Source: Eledone cirrhosa (lineage: Eukaryota). Taken from it: a stretch of DNA of 64,000 nucleotides. This document shows, piece by piece, positions 37,247 to 50,200 of this stretch. Each line of letters begins with the position of its first letter. Within the stretch, counting starts at the first letter, position 1. The notes beneath the pieces were generated by a model, which saw only the letters and a program-made list of their open reading frames with translations, made no database searches and had not been told where the DNA came from. The position numbers and the translations under genes are program-made. The stretch covers positions 391,654,001 to 391,718,000 of the forward strand of contig OZ024740.1 in NCBI GenBank assembly GCA_964016885.1, read 5' to 3'.

Positions 37247-40200
37247 TTTCTTTATTAACCACAAGGTTATACATAAAGTATACATTAAGGACAGTACGAG
37301 ACAATACAGGACGGTACAAATGGGCATTTCTGCGTGTAAAAAAACAAAAACAGAGGATGTAACAAAAAAATAACAATGAAAAATTCCCCAACAGGGGGGA
37401 GACGTCCGAGGGACATTTGTGGAGAAAGCCCATTAAAATCCACAGTGACCCTGACCACAAGGGCAAGTGCCCTCTCCCAGTTTTCCACCAAGAGAGCACT
37501 TCCCTATCTACCCTGATTTTCCTTTCAAATGAAATTTGAAAAAGTTAATCAGGGCATCACCGAAGAGGTAAGTGCTCGTCTTCAGCCCTTTCAAACGTGT
37601 CCACCATACTATCTCTTTCGCCATGGCCACCAGACAGATAAAAACTGCCTGCCCTTCCCGGCTAAAGGAAGAGGGCGGGGCAATCCTCACGATGGACTCA
37701 GCTGATAGCCGGATCCGTCCTACACGTGACAGCAGGTGTTCGACATAAACCCACAAGTCAGCAATGCTCGGACACTGGACGAGTGCGTGCAGGACGGTTT
37801 CGTCGCCCTGCGCGCATCTCGGACATGTCGGACATCTCGGACATCTCGGACATGCCCGGCTGACGGCTGTGAGCGCCTGAAGACATTCCAGTCTCCAAGC
37901 GCTCCCTCTCGGTCTTCGCTTGACGCAGGACTGCAGCACCGTCAAGGAAACGAGCTGGGGAAAAACGTGTCTAGCAAACGACGACCACACCTGATCACCG
38001 TCGAGGAAGAGGTGGAGATGTTGTAGCCTGAGCGCGTGTCTGCGCATCATCACCAACGGCATGCCCAGGCCTCTACGTAGCGGGTGTTGACAGCAGATGG
38101 ACCGCCTGACCATCGGAGCGCGTCCCTTCCACAAAAAGCGAAAGATCAAACGCTCCAGCGCAGTCAGGCGGGGCTTAGGACAAGGTATGACGGTCAGGCG
38201 GTAGTAGATGACGGACGCGATGTACGCGTTAGCCACCTCCGCTCGACCTTTCAGGGATAGCTTCCTCTCCGCCCATTTCTGGGTGAGAGAAGCCACCCTG
38301 CTCGTCACCTCGTCCCAGTTTTTGTCCGTCTGGAGGTCCGGATCGAACCAGACCCCTAGCAATTTAACCGGTCCGTCCGTCCAGCGCCCGACGACGTTGT
38401 TGGACGGCATGGACCTGCCTCTCCAGGTGCCGAGCTGCAGGCCCACTGACTTTTCCTGGTTGATCATTGCTCCTGTCACCGCTTCGTATTCTCTTAGTGT
38501 CGTGCCGATCGCCTCGATGTGTTTGGCATTCGACACCACTACGGTGACATCGTCCGCATATGCTGACACGGATCTTCCGCATCCTAGTTCGCGCGGGATC
38601 CCCCTCAACGTCTTCAGTTTGTGCAGTAATGGCTCGAGAGTCAATACGTACAAGAGGGACGAGAGGGGACATCCTTGGCGGACCGAGCGCATGATGTTGA
38701 ACGGTTCCGAAAGATGACCGTTCACTCTCACCACAGAGCAGATGTCGCTGTGCATGGCAGCGATCCAGCCTCTGAAGACGGGCCCAAAGCCAACCGCCCT
38801 CAGTACTGCCGCTAGGTAACGATGGTCGACCCTATCTAAAGATTTCGACTGATCTAAATTGATCAAGGACCCACCCGTGCCAGGTTCCCTAGCTACCCTC
38901 TCTACGATGTATCGCATGAGGTGGAGGTGTCGTGGATGGATCTGTCGGGAATGGCGCATGTCTGCCCTCTCCCACCAGACCACCTTGGCCAAAATCCTGA
39001 ACTCTGTGTTTAGCAGAGTTATGGGCCCGAAATTATCTATGTTATCCCCCTTGTTCGGATCTTTTCTCAGCAGCGCCACAGCTCCTAGGCTCACAGAGCT
39101 GGGAATTATCCCATTCTGTTGCCAGTTGCAGTAGACGCCCGCCAAGAGGCCTCCGAACAAGTCTGGCATCTGTACGTAAAGTTCATAGGGCAGACCATCC
39201 AACCAGGCGATTTACCCCTTGTGCAACCAGTCATTACCTCCCGTACTTCAGCAGCTGTTATCGGCTTTTTGCAACACTTCGCCTCAGTGGCCGAGAGCCG
39301 CGGTAGTCCAGCGAGGTAGACACTAAAGTCCATCCCTCGATCCGGCCCGCCGCTGCCCCCGAACAGCTGTGCGAGGTGTCGCTGAAAAGCTTCACACATT
39401 TTCCCGGGATCGAGTAGCATGCGCCCGTCGTGGTCCACCAAAGACCGGATCGTGGCTTTGTTGCCATGACGCGCCTCCGCCACTCGGGCCCATTGAACGG
39501 CTTTCGTCCCCTCGTGTCTGAGAGCACGCACCCTAGCTCTGACAACGCAGCCTTCCTGCTTTGCATTGAAGAATTGGTCAAGCGCCAATTTCGCCGCAAG
39601 CACGTCGGTCGCGATGCCTTTGCTAAGCGCCTCGTCTAATTTTCTAACTAATTCTCCCTCTGCTCTATTTTTCTCTATTGCTAAAGCCTTACTAAACCTA
39701 ATAGACTCTATTCTAATCGCTCTTTTCAGAGCAAACCACCACTTGTTGTTGACGATGGCCCCTGTCAACGCCCGCTTAACTAGTTTGCTAATCCGGTCTC
39801 TGTAGGCCTTGCGCGCTGGTAAGGACGCGTTTAGCTTCCAGTAGCCAGGTCCTAGTCTATGAAGCCCAGTCATGCACACAGATCACGAATTTGTGGTCCG
39901 TGTAGCTGACTATCTTGAATTGTGAACAGCCTATGCTAGACCTATCTATTTCCCTACAAAATACTCTATCTAGATATGATCTGGATGACCCTATGCGATT
40001 TGTCCAAGTCCACATTGGCACATTCGGGAAATCCAATCGGTACCTGTCAGACAGTTCAAAACGCCTGAGCAGGTTGGTGAGGCTCTTGCATTTTTTCTTG
40101 TTTGGTTTCATTTTCTTTTTTTTCTTTTTTCCTGATACCGTTTCCCACTCCTCGTCGTCACAATCTGTCTCCAGTTGCGATAGGTCGTGGAGTGGAAAAT

Positions 40201-41702
40201 CCTCCACAGGCGTTGGTTTTGGTTGTGGCGTGGTGGATTATGTAGGCGCTGGTGCTAGTTCTGGCGCGTTGGGTGGTGGTGGTGTTGGTTTTGCTACTGT
40301 TGCTGGGGTTGTTGCTGTTACAGTTGCTTCTGTTGTTGCTGCTACAGTTGTTGCTGCCATTTCTGCTGCTGGTGGTGTTGATGGTTGAGTCACTGGGGTG
40401 GGTAAGAGAGGTGGCCTCAACCTTTTAGTCTGAGGGCAGAAAGCCCTTAGGTGGGTTCCTTCACCACAAACGATACACCTAGGCCTTCTGCTCTCGACGA
40501 TTACGGTGAGGTGGCTGCCGTCAGTGAGGTCTATTACCTCTGGGAACTCCTCAATGCTTTTTTGGTCCGCTTGGATCAGGAGCTCCATCCCAGATCCGGA
40601 CCAGTTCTCCTGCATTTCTTTCTCTATTTCGATTATCTTGGTGTTATCTTCGATGCCGGCGAGAACGGCAGCCATTAGCGAGGGAATTTCGATGGCCGGT
40701 GGAACGTAGGTCACCCTGATCTTCACGAGTCTCTGGCTACAATAGCTTAGGACGAATGTGAAGTCGTCACTTCTTAATGGGGCCATGGAGTGTTCTCTGG
40801 CCTCCTGTGGTGTTTCAAAGAACACGTCCACGGTTCCATATTTCTGCCCACGTTTGATGTGGGTTTTTTTTGCCCACACATGTCCCAAAGCTTTTTGGAT
40901 TTGGGACTCGGATGCCCGTTCCACTCGGCGCGATTTTATGTTAATCGTCCGATAAGACACGGTGCATAGGCGCCGATGCTCCATTTTATTAGGTGGGGGG
41001 GGGGGGGATGACGCTGCACCCATCTTTCTTTACCATTCTTTTGGCTTCTTCTAATTCCTCCTGAGTTACCTGGAATGCTTCGCACTTTTTTGCTACTCTG
41101 GCAAAAGACAGGGTGGTTTTCTTAATTTCATTGTTGCTGTTGTTGTTATCCTTATTTTTGTTATTGTTAATTTTAGTTTCAGTTGTGGTGGTGGTGGCGT
41201 CAGTGGTGTTCGGTGTGGAAGAGTTCATTTTGGGTGAATTCATTTCGATATCACAAGATAATTTATTTTTTCTTTTGTTTCTGTTGTCGCTGTGGTGGTG
41301 GTGGGGGTGGCGGCTTCAACACCTGCAGTCATTGGTAATGGCGGGAAATGAATGTCTACCTGAGACAAATTTAAAATATTGCTACTGCTTATATTTTTAG
41401 TGTTGGCAAACGTAGTAATATTTACAATGGTGGTGTCGGTGTGAAGTGTTAGTTTGTGAGGAAGGTGTGACCCTGAGTCGTCCATGATTTTTTCAAACAA
41501 AAATATTTTTGTTTGATAATTATAAAAGTTTAAATTTTGGGCTCAAGGCCCCAATCTTTTTGAGTGTCCTTTTCAGATAACAATGTATGTGCACTTATAT
41601 ACAGTTAACAATAAAAAATTTCCATAAATGGCAATTTTAAACAACTGAAAATAACAAACCTTTGCGGAGCTAACGATAATACGATTTACTACGTAGGTCG
41701 CC
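37245..41702 (-). mobile_element. Chimeric Tx1-like LINE: family-A ORF2 and 3' UTR (37245-40090) joined to a divergent ORF1 and 5' UTR (40091-41702)
   Basis: ORF2 nearly identical to 5852-8780 with deletions and frameshifts; ORF1 knuckle CIVCGEGTHLRAFC; (AAT)n on both ends. Confidence 0.9.
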
Positions 41703-41743
<41 letters not shown>

Positions 41744-41756
41744 TGATAATAATAAT

Positions 41757-42113
41757 GCTTTCTTTATTAACCACAAGGGTTTACACAAAGTAGACATTAA
41801 GGACAGTACAGGACAATACAGGACGGTACAAATGGGCATTTCTGCGTGTAACCCCCCCCCCCCCCCCGCCCAAACAGAGGATGTAATAAAAAGAACAATG
41901 AAAAATTCCCCAATAGGGAGGACACTTCGTGGAGAAATCCCATAAAAAAACCACGGTGACCCTGACCACCACGGCAAGTGCCCTCTCCCAGTTTTCCACC
42001 TTCAATTTACAGTTATATACTCAAAGTAGGTCCATTCACTCGGGCCATTCTTGTCTCTCTCACCCATCATTCAACAAAAAGCTGGGAAGAGAGCACTTCC
42101 CTCTCTACCCTGA
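41757..42113 (-). mobile_element. 5'-truncated family-A LINE 3' end
   Basis: Matches 5609-5960; (AAT)n on both sides. Confidence 0.9.
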
Positions 42114-42151
42114 TAATAATAATAATAGTAATGATGGTGATGATGATGATG

Positions 42152-42210
<59 letters not shown>

Positions 42211-43050
42211 TAGGGAAGAAGACGCACGAGGTGACGGAGGTCATGAAATCGCTCCCGTAAGTTTTGAATGTTAAACATATTTAAATCATTTGTGAAATAA
42301 CAACTCTTAGTACAAATGCTACGTAAAGCACCCGGCTTGAGCCCCAAAAAATTCGGACCCAAAATATATTGTTATAAGGCTCAAATATTCAAATATTCAA
42401 CTTTGTATTGTACACTGTATATCCAAAAAAGAAAATGGCTATAAATGGAAGAAGAACCCCCCCCCCTCCTCTCCTCTGTCTACACTATATAGAACAGCCA
42501 AACTCACCAACACCAGAAACTAGATACACCACCCACCCCATCACCTGTGTACACTAAACACAACAGCCAGATAACGGCATTTTCACCACCACCGCTCACT
42601 ACGGCCATCATTACCACCATTATCCCATCACCGCCGCCACCACCCCTTCACTCCTTCACTGCTACCACCGCTACAGCACCATCACTACAGTAATACGGTC
42701 ACATCACCGCAACCACTGCCTCGGTATCGACATCACCACCACCACTGTCTCAGTATCGCTACCGCCGCCAGTCTTCCACTTCTCCCAGCTGGTTGCTGCC
42801 ACCACATTATAGAATCCCTACTGCTAAAAAAGAGGAAGGCATCAAAATATATAGATAGACTCAAAAGAAAAAAGAAAAAACAAACAACAAAACCAAAGCA
42901 GCACAGCAACAACAGCAAAAAAACGAGAAAAACAAACAGAGAAAAAAAAAAAAAAAAAACCAAAAAAACGTAAAGAAAATAAGAATGAAGAGAGAAGCAG
43001 GCGGACGGACAGAGAAGAGGGGGGAAAAACTAAAACTTAAAAAACAAAAA
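42211..43050 (+). other. Probable 5' UTR and decayed low-complexity ORF1 start of another LINE
   Basis: Starts at (AAT)n; cttgagccc motif like the 5' UTR at ~41540; ATG followed by Thr/Pro-type CAC-rich then A-rich sequence. Confidence 0.4.
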
Positions 43051-43059
43051 CTAAGTCAG

Positions 43060-46000
43060 ACATTCGAACACTACATTACAATGAAACTTATGCTTATTCA
43101 TTTTTGGGGCCCTTTCTGCCTGTGTGTTTGTTTGTTTATGTGTGTTCGTATACAGCGTGGTGATAATGCCACACAAGGGCCAAGTGGAATGGCGGATCCA
43201 CAGATGGCTATGTAACCATACATTCGCCAATCCTCGATAAGAGTGTTTAAATATCGAACATAAACAGTTCGAATAACGGTGAAATGGAGACTAGAACGTC
43301 ATGTGACAGACTCTCACCCAACAGGTGCCCCCTGGCTCAGCAGCAGGAACCTGACTGTCAACCAAATACTGCTGATGTTGGAGGAAGGAGAAGAAGGAAA
43401 GGGGCCAGAACCAACTGGACGAAAGAATTGAATAGAACTGTTATGCAATGTTACCTGAAAAGTAACCCCAAGGAGAGGGGCTACAGGAGACGGATGCATA
43501 ACATCTGGAACGAGATTGGTTTATTTAAATTAGATGAACAAAAATTGGCCGGGCAGGCTCGGGTAATAAGAACTAATGGGTGGATAAGCGAGCTGGAACT
43601 GGAGGAACTGAGCAGAGAGAATGGCTTGGAGATGGCGGGTGTAGTATGCCAGACAAGCGAGCCAGTGGGAAATGAAGGTGAAGAGGTCCTGAGAACGGAG
43701 GAACCACCCGAAGAAGACAATGATCTGAATACTGAGATAAATAATACCTGGAACAGAGATACGGCCACTGAGGAGATGAATGCTGACGGGCTAGGACAAG
43801 ATTCGGTTGACATCCTAAATTTAGTGGTAGATGAATTGAACAATGATAGTGGGAGACCTATGAACCTAAGATTTGTAGACAGGAAAAAGTTAAAAGAAAC
43901 AACAGCTAAGGTAAACAAAGTCATCCCATACCTTGAGGCGAGGAGCCTTCACCAGTGCAACAATATCCTCAAAGCAACAGCAAATACGGTGAGGAAACTA
44001 CTTGGTATAAAAGCGAGAGGAAACAACAGACAAGAAAGAGCAGAGCCGTGGTGGAAGAAGCGACTGAGTGGGCAAATCGGGGAAATGAGAAATGACATAG
44101 GAAAGCTTGAGTCACTACTGAATGGGACACTAAAAAACATAGGCACTAAAAATAGACTGGAAATAAAATACAAAACTAGGAGGAAAAAGCTAAATATTAT
44201 CATAGAGGAACTGAAGCAACGCATTGTAGCAAAGAGTGCAAAAATCAGGCCATACGAGAACAGAGTCAGTCAGTATAAACAGAACCGTATGTTCGACAAC
44301 AACCAGAAGATGCTGTTTGGACAGCTTGAGGGGAAAGAAAGAGGCAACGACTTGATCCCTGGGGCGGAGCAAACTAAAACATTCTGGAGAGGAATATGGG
44401 AGCAGGATGTTAGACATAATGTCCAGGCAGGGTGGATTGAGACAGTACAGAGGGAGACCGGTGAGCAGGCACAACAACAAACTGATTTGAGTATCACAGT
44501 TGAAACTCTTAAGGGGCAGGCCAAAAAACCAACCAACTGGAAATCACCAGGCCCAGATGGTGTGCAGGGGTATTGGATTAAACATTTAACATCCCTCCAC
44601 CCGAAGCTGACGGCCATGTTCAATGACTGCTTGGTGTCGGGTGAGGTGCCAGAGTGGTTGACAAAAGGTACCACAGTTCTGATAATGAAAGACCGAATCA
44701 AGGGTAATGATGTTACCAACTATAGACCTATCACATGTCTGTCCGTAATGTGGAAACTGTTGACGAGCATTGTGTCTGAGGAAATCTACCATCACCTCCA
44801 CACAAACAACTTGTTACCGGACGAACAGAAAGGATGCCGAAAGAAGTCACGTGGTACAAAGGACCAGTTACTTATTGATAAGATGGTAATGGGGAATTGC
44901 AGGAGGAGACACACTGATCTTGCCATGGGATGGATAGACTACAGAAAGGCATTTGACATGGTGCCTCATTCTTGGATCACCAAAAGCCTGGAGATCTTCA
45001 GGGTGGCAGATAACATCAGACAGTTGCTAGGCAGGAGTATGGGGTCCTGGGAGACAGAGTTGACATCAACTGGAGTATCCTTGGGAAGCGTGAAGATCAA
45101 GAGAGGTATCTTCCAGGGAGATAGCCTGTCCCCTCTGTTGTTTGTCCTTGCCCTGATGCCCTTGACCATTATGCTGCGAAAAGTGAGGGCAGGATACAAG
45201 TTGGGAAGGAGAGAGCTTACCATCAATCACCTCCTCTTCATGGACGATCTTAAGCTCTTCGGGAAAAGTGAGAAGGAGTTGGATGTGCTTGTTGACACTG
45301 TCCGTATTTTCAGCAGTGATATATGTATGCAGTTTGGTATTGGTAAATGTGGAGTCATTGTGATGAGGAGGGGTAGGTTGAGCAGAAGTAACGGGATCCA
45401 GATACCAACAGGTGAGATGATAAAGGAAATTGACTCTGAGGAAGGATACAAGTATTTGGGCGTTCTGGAGGCTGATGGCATAAAGAACAAAAAAATGAAG
45501 GAATTGTTAAGAACTGAATACATTCGGAGAGTAAGGAGCGTATTGAAGTCACATCTGAACAGCAGAAATGCCATAAGCGCAGTAAATTCCCGAGCTGTGT
45601 CTATTATTAGGTACAGTGCGGGAATTCTGAGATGGAATGTTGCTGAACAAAAAGAAATGGATAGGAAGACTAGGAAGCTATTGACCATCTACAACATGTT
45701 CCACAAGAGGAGTGATGTCGATAGACTCTACCTAAGGAGATCTGAGGGTGGAAGAGGTCTTATCAGCATAGAGGACTGTGTTCAGATGGAGAAAAACAAT
45801 CTATACAAATACGTGACCTATAGTAAGGAGCCAATGCTCAGAACTGTACTGAAGGAGGGGACAGTAGGCCAGGGGATGTCCAAGGAGGAAATAACATCAA
45901 GGAGGAAGAGCAGCCTTAAGGGAAAATCCCTTCATAGTACCTTCTTTAAGAAAACTGAATTTAGAGATCCACAGACATGGAACTGGTTGAGAAGAGGAGA

Positions 46001-46768
46001 CCTCAAAAAGGCTACAGAAGGAATGCTAATGGCTGCGCAGGAGCAGGCCCTCAAAACGAAGTGGTTGAAGCACCATATTTACAAGGAGGAGGCTAGCCCA
46101 CTGTGCAGGATCTGTGGAGAGAGAGAGGAGACTGTGGCTCACATTGTGTCCGAGTGTAAACACCTAGCCCAGACCCACTATAAGGGATGGAGACACGATG
46201 TGATGGGCAGGGTGATCCACTGGCACCTGTGCAAAGTAAACAATTTACCACATTCTGAGAAATGGTATGAGCATAGGCCAGAGGCGGTGATGGAGAACAA
46301 TCAGGTGAAGGTGCCGTGGGATTTTAGGATACAGACGGACAAAAAACTGGAACACAATAGACCTGACCTGGTGGTTGTGGACAAAGAAAAAAGATCGTGC
46401 CTGATTGTGGATGTGGCCTGCCCTTTCGACACGAGAGTGCAAGAGAAGGAGAGGGAGAAAATTAACCGATACCAGGACCTAAAGTGGGAGGTGAAAAGGA
46501 TTTGGAACTGCCATGAAGTCAAAGTGATCCCGATTGTCATAGGCGCACTGGGGACTATCTCCAAAAGTTTCCAGGGATGGTTGAAGAAGATCGGCCCCTT
46601 CAAAAGGCATGCTTGCTTGGAACAGCAAGAACCCTCCGATACGTCCTGAATATCTGAGGCTGCAGGTAGTGGCTTGATATTCAATCCAACGGACTTTCCA
46701 GTTAACCAACATCAATGACTGAGATTCAAGGAATAACAATAATAATAATAATAATAATAATAATAATT
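43060..46768 (+). mobile_element. R4/Dong element with (AAT)n tail; 5' boundary approximate
   Basis: ORF as above, short 3' UTR, (AAT)n at 46738-46768. Confidence 0.85.
43284..46649 (+). CDS. R4/Dong-clade non-LTR retrotransposon single ORF (RT, CCHC, restriction-like endonuclease), 1121 aa
   Basis: KSPGPDG, YRPITCL, FQGDSLSP, LFMDD, CRICGEREETVAHIVSEC, RHD, RPDLVVVD..IVDVACP, K..RYQDL; last ~15 aa frameshifted by a 19-nt deletion relative to the next copy. Confidence 0.93.
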   Translation: METRTSCDRLSPNRCPLAQQQEPDCQPNTADVGGRRRRKGARTNWTKELNRTVMQCYLKSNPKERGYRRRMHNIWNEIGLFKLDEQKLAGQARVIRTNGWISELELEELSRENGLEMAGVVCQTSEPVGNEGEEVLRTEEPPEEDNDLNTEINNTWNRDTATEEMNADGLGQDSVDILNLVVDELNNDSGRPMNLRFVDRKKLKETTAKVNKVIPYLEARSLHQCNNILKATANTVRKLLGIKARGNNRQERAEPWWKKRLSGQIGEMRNDIGKLESLLNGTLKNIGTKNRLEIKYKTRRKKLNIIIEELKQRIVAKSAKIRPYENRVSQYKQNRMFDNNQKMLFGQLEGKERGNDLIPGAEQTKTFWRGIWEQDVRHNVQAGWIETVQRETGEQAQQQTDLSITVETLKGQAKKPTNWKSPGPDGVQGYWIKHLTSLHPKLTAMFNDCLVSGEVPEWLTKGTTVLIMKDRIKGNDVTNYRPITCLSVMWKLLTSIVSEEIYHHLHTNNLLPDEQKGCRKKSRGTKDQLLIDKMVMGNCRRRHTDLAMGWIDYRKAFDMVPHSWITKSLEIFRVADNIRQLLGRSMGSWETELTSTGVSLGSVKIKRGIFQGDSLSPLLFVLALMPLTIMLRKVRAGYKLGRRELTINHLLFMDDLKLFGKSEKELDVLVDTVRIFSSDICMQFGIGKCGVIVMRRGRLSRSNGIQIPTGEMIKEIDSEEGYKYLGVLEADGIKNKKMKELLRTEYIRRVRSVLKSHLNSRNAISAVNSRAVSIIRYSAGILRWNVAEQKEMDRKTRKLLTIYNMFHKRSDVDRLYLRRSEGGRGLISIEDCVQMEKNNLYKYVTYSKEPMLRTVLKEGTVGQGMSKEEITSRRKSSLKGKSLHSTFFKKTEFRDPQTWNWLRRGDLKKATEGMLMAAQEQALKTKWLKHHIYKEEASPLCRICGEREETVAHIVSECKHLAQTHYKGWRHDVMGRVIHWHLCKVNNLPHSEKWYEHRPEAVMENNQVKVPWDFRIQTDKKLEHNRPDLVVVDKEKRSCLIVDVACPFDTRVQEKEREKINRYQDLKWEVKRIWNCHEVKVIPIVIGALGTISKSFQGWLKKIGPFKRHACLEQQEPSDTS

Positions 46769-47214
46769 TAGGATTTTAGGATACAGACGGACAAGAAACT
46801 GGAACACAATAGACCTGACCTGGTGGTTGTGGACAAAGAAAAAAGATCGTGCCTGATTGTGGATGTGGCCTGCCCATTCGACACGAGAGTGCAAGAGAAG
46901 GAGAGGGAGAAAATTAACCGAAACCAGGACTTAAAGTGGGAGGTAAAAAGGATTTGGAACTGCCATGAAGTCAAAGTGATCCCGATTGTCATAGGCGCAC
47001 TAGGGACTATCGCAAAAGGTTTCCATGGATGGTTAAAGAAAATTAGCCCCTTCACGCTTTTTGGAACGCTTCAAAAGGCATGCTTGCTGGGAACAGCAAG
47101 AACCCTCCGATACGTCCTGAATATCTGAGGCTGCAGGTAGTGGCTTGATATTCATTTCAACAAACTTTCCAGTTAACTAACATCAATGACTGAGACTCAA
47201 AGAGTAATAACAAC

Positions 47215-47270
<56 letters not shown>
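46768..47270 (+). mobile_element. 5'-truncated tandem R4/Dong copy
   Basis: Repeats 46320-46735 with the intact C-terminus LQKACLLGTARTLRYVLNI; (AAT)n tail. Confidence 0.92.
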
Positions 47271-47271
<1 letters not shown>

Positions 47272-47273
<2 letters not shown>

Positions 47274-50200
47274 TTTCTTTATTGGCCACAAGGGCTGACA
47301 TCAAGAAAAACATCACAGACGGAACAGGACGGTACGATGTGGGTTTTGTGCGTGTAAATATTTTTATTATTTATATAAGAAAAAAAGGACATAAAACATA
47401 TATATATATATAAACAATAAAATGAAAATTGAAACAATGAAAAATTCCCCAATAGGGGGCAAACCTCCGAGGGTTACTCGTAGCGAAAACCACACAAAAG
47501 ACCACGGCCACCCTCACTACCAGGGCAAGCGCCCTCTCTCAATTTTTCCATCTCTCAAACTACAGACGTATATTCAGAGTGGTCCCGTTTACTCGGACCA
47601 TTCTTGCTACATTCACCCACCTTTCAACAAACTTGCTAGAAAGCAGAACTTGCCTCTCCACACTGATTTTCCTCTTCAAGTGAAACTTGAAAAAGTTAAT
47701 CAGGGATTCGCCGAAGAGGAAAGTGTTTGTCTTTAATCCTTTTAACCTTGTCCACCACACAATCTCTTTCGCCATGGCTACCAGGCAGATGAAAACCGCC
47801 TGCCCTTCCTCCTCAAAGGAAGACGGCGAGACCATCTGCACAATGGACTCAGTCAACAACCGGATCAGTCCCACACGTGACAGCAACTGTTCGACATAGC
47901 TCCACAAGTCAGCAATGCTCGGGCACTGAACGAGTGCGTGCACAACGGTTTCGTCGCTATGCGCGCACTCGGACAGGCTCGGCTGACGGCACTTCCGTGC
48001 CTGTAGAGCTTATCTCCAACCGGCAGCGCTCCCCGGTAGCACTGCCAGGCCAGGGATTTTTGGAAGTTATCCATAGGCCCCGGGCTGAAAGTTCTCCGGA
48101 AGAGAGCAAGCAGCTGATCTCCTTCGACGCCCAGGATCTCTCCGAGAACGTCGTCGCTCTTCCCCTCCACTAATCCTCTATAGAACGCCGAGGTGGATGT
48201 TCCACCAATACTGGTGCCCAACTGAGAGAGGGCAGTGAGCGCCTGGAGACATTCCAGTTTCCAAGCGCTATCCCTCGGTCTTTTTCTGACCCAGGACTGC
48301 AGCTCTGTCAAGGAGACGAGCTGTGGGAAAATGTGCCTGGCGAACGGCGACCACACCCGTTCACTATCAAGGAAGCACCAGAGATGTCGCAGCCTCAGCG
48401 CATGTTTGCGCATCATCAGCCATGGCATGCCCAGTCCTCCACGCAACGCGTGTTGACATCAGATGGATCGTCTGACCATGGGAGCGCGTCCCTTCCAGAA
48501 AAAGCGGAAGAGCAGGCGCTCCATTTTGGTGAGAGTTTGGCTGGAGCAAGGGACGACGGTGAGGCGGTAGCAGATGACGGATGCGATGTATGCATTCGCC
48601 ACTTCCGCCCGGCCTTTCAGCGACAGCTTCCTCTCAGCCCATTTCTGGGTGAGGGAGGCCACCTTGCTCGTCACCTCGTTCCAGTTTTTCTCCATCTGGA
48701 GGTCCGGTCTGAACCAGACCCCGAGCAATTTAACCGGTCCGTCCGTCCAACACCCCACGATGCTGTCAGACGGCATGGACTTGCCTCTCCAGGTGCCTAG
48801 CTGCAAGCCCACCGACTTTTCCTGGTTTATCTTTGCTCCTGTCACCGTTTCGTATTCCTTGAGAGCGGTGCCGAGCATCTGGACGTGTCTGGTGCTCGAC
48901 ACCACCACGGTGACGTCGTCAGCGTAAGCCGACTCGGATTTCCCGCATCATAGTTCGCGTGGGACGCCCCTCCTCGCCCCCAATTTGTTCAGTAACGGCT
49001 CGAGAGCCAATACGTACACGAGGGGCGAGAGGGGACAACCCTGGCGGACTGAGCGCATGATGCTGAACGGCTGCGACAGGTGACCGTTCACCCTCACAAC
49101 TGAGCAGATGTCGCTGTACATTGCTGCGATCCAACGCCTGATAAACGGGCCCGAAACCGCTGCCTCGAGGACCGCCGCCAGGTACCGATGGTCGACCCTA
49201 TCGAAAGCTTTGGATTGATCCAAGTTGATCAGGGCCCCACCCTTGCCAGGTTCCTTAACCACCCTCTCTATGATGTATCGCATGAGGTGGAGGTTGTCGT
49301 GTATGGATCTGTCCGGGATGGTGCATGTCTGCGCCTCTCCCACCAGACCCTTGACGACAAGCGCCAACCTCGTTGCTAACACCTTGGCCAAAATGTTGAA
49401 CTCTTCGTTTAGCAGAGTTATGGGCCTGAAATTATCAATAACATCCCCCTTGTTCGGGTCTTTTCGCAGCACCGCCACTGCTCCCCGGCTCACAAAACTG
49501 GGAATGCTCCCGTTCTGCTGCCAGTTGCAGTAGACGTCTGCCAAGAGGTCACCGAACAAGTCTGGCATAAATGCATAAAGCTCGTAGGGCAGACCATCTA
49601 AACCTGGCGATTTACCTCTTGTACAGTTAGCCATCGCTTCCCGTATTTCACCGGCTGTTATTGGCTTTTCGCAACACTGTGCTGCGGTCGTCGAGAACCG
49701 AGGCAGTCCGTCGAGGTATGCACTGAAGTCCATGTCCCGATCCGGGCCGCCGCCGCTCCCGAACAGTTCAGCAAAGTGCTGCTGAAAAGCTTCACACATC
49801 CGCTCGGGTTCGAGCATCACGCACCCGTTTTGGTCAGACAAAGACCGAATTGTGGCTTTATTGCCACGTCGCGGCTCTGCCACCCGGGCCCATTGGACGG
49901 CTTTTGTCCCCTCGTGTTTCAGAGCACGTGCTCTAGCTCTGACAACGCAGCCTTCGTGTTTTGCGTTGAAGAATTAGTCGAGTGCCAATCTCGCCGCAAG
50001 CACGTCGGTTGCGATGCCTGTCCTAAACGCCTCTTCTAGCTTTCTGACTAGCTCTCCCTCAACTCTATTTTCCTCTATCACTACTCCTTTGCTAAACCTA
50101 ATCGACTCTACTTTAATTGCCCTTTTCAGGGCGAACCACCACCTGTTGTTGACGACCACTCCCGTCAACGCCCGCTTAACTAATACGCTAATCCGGTCTC

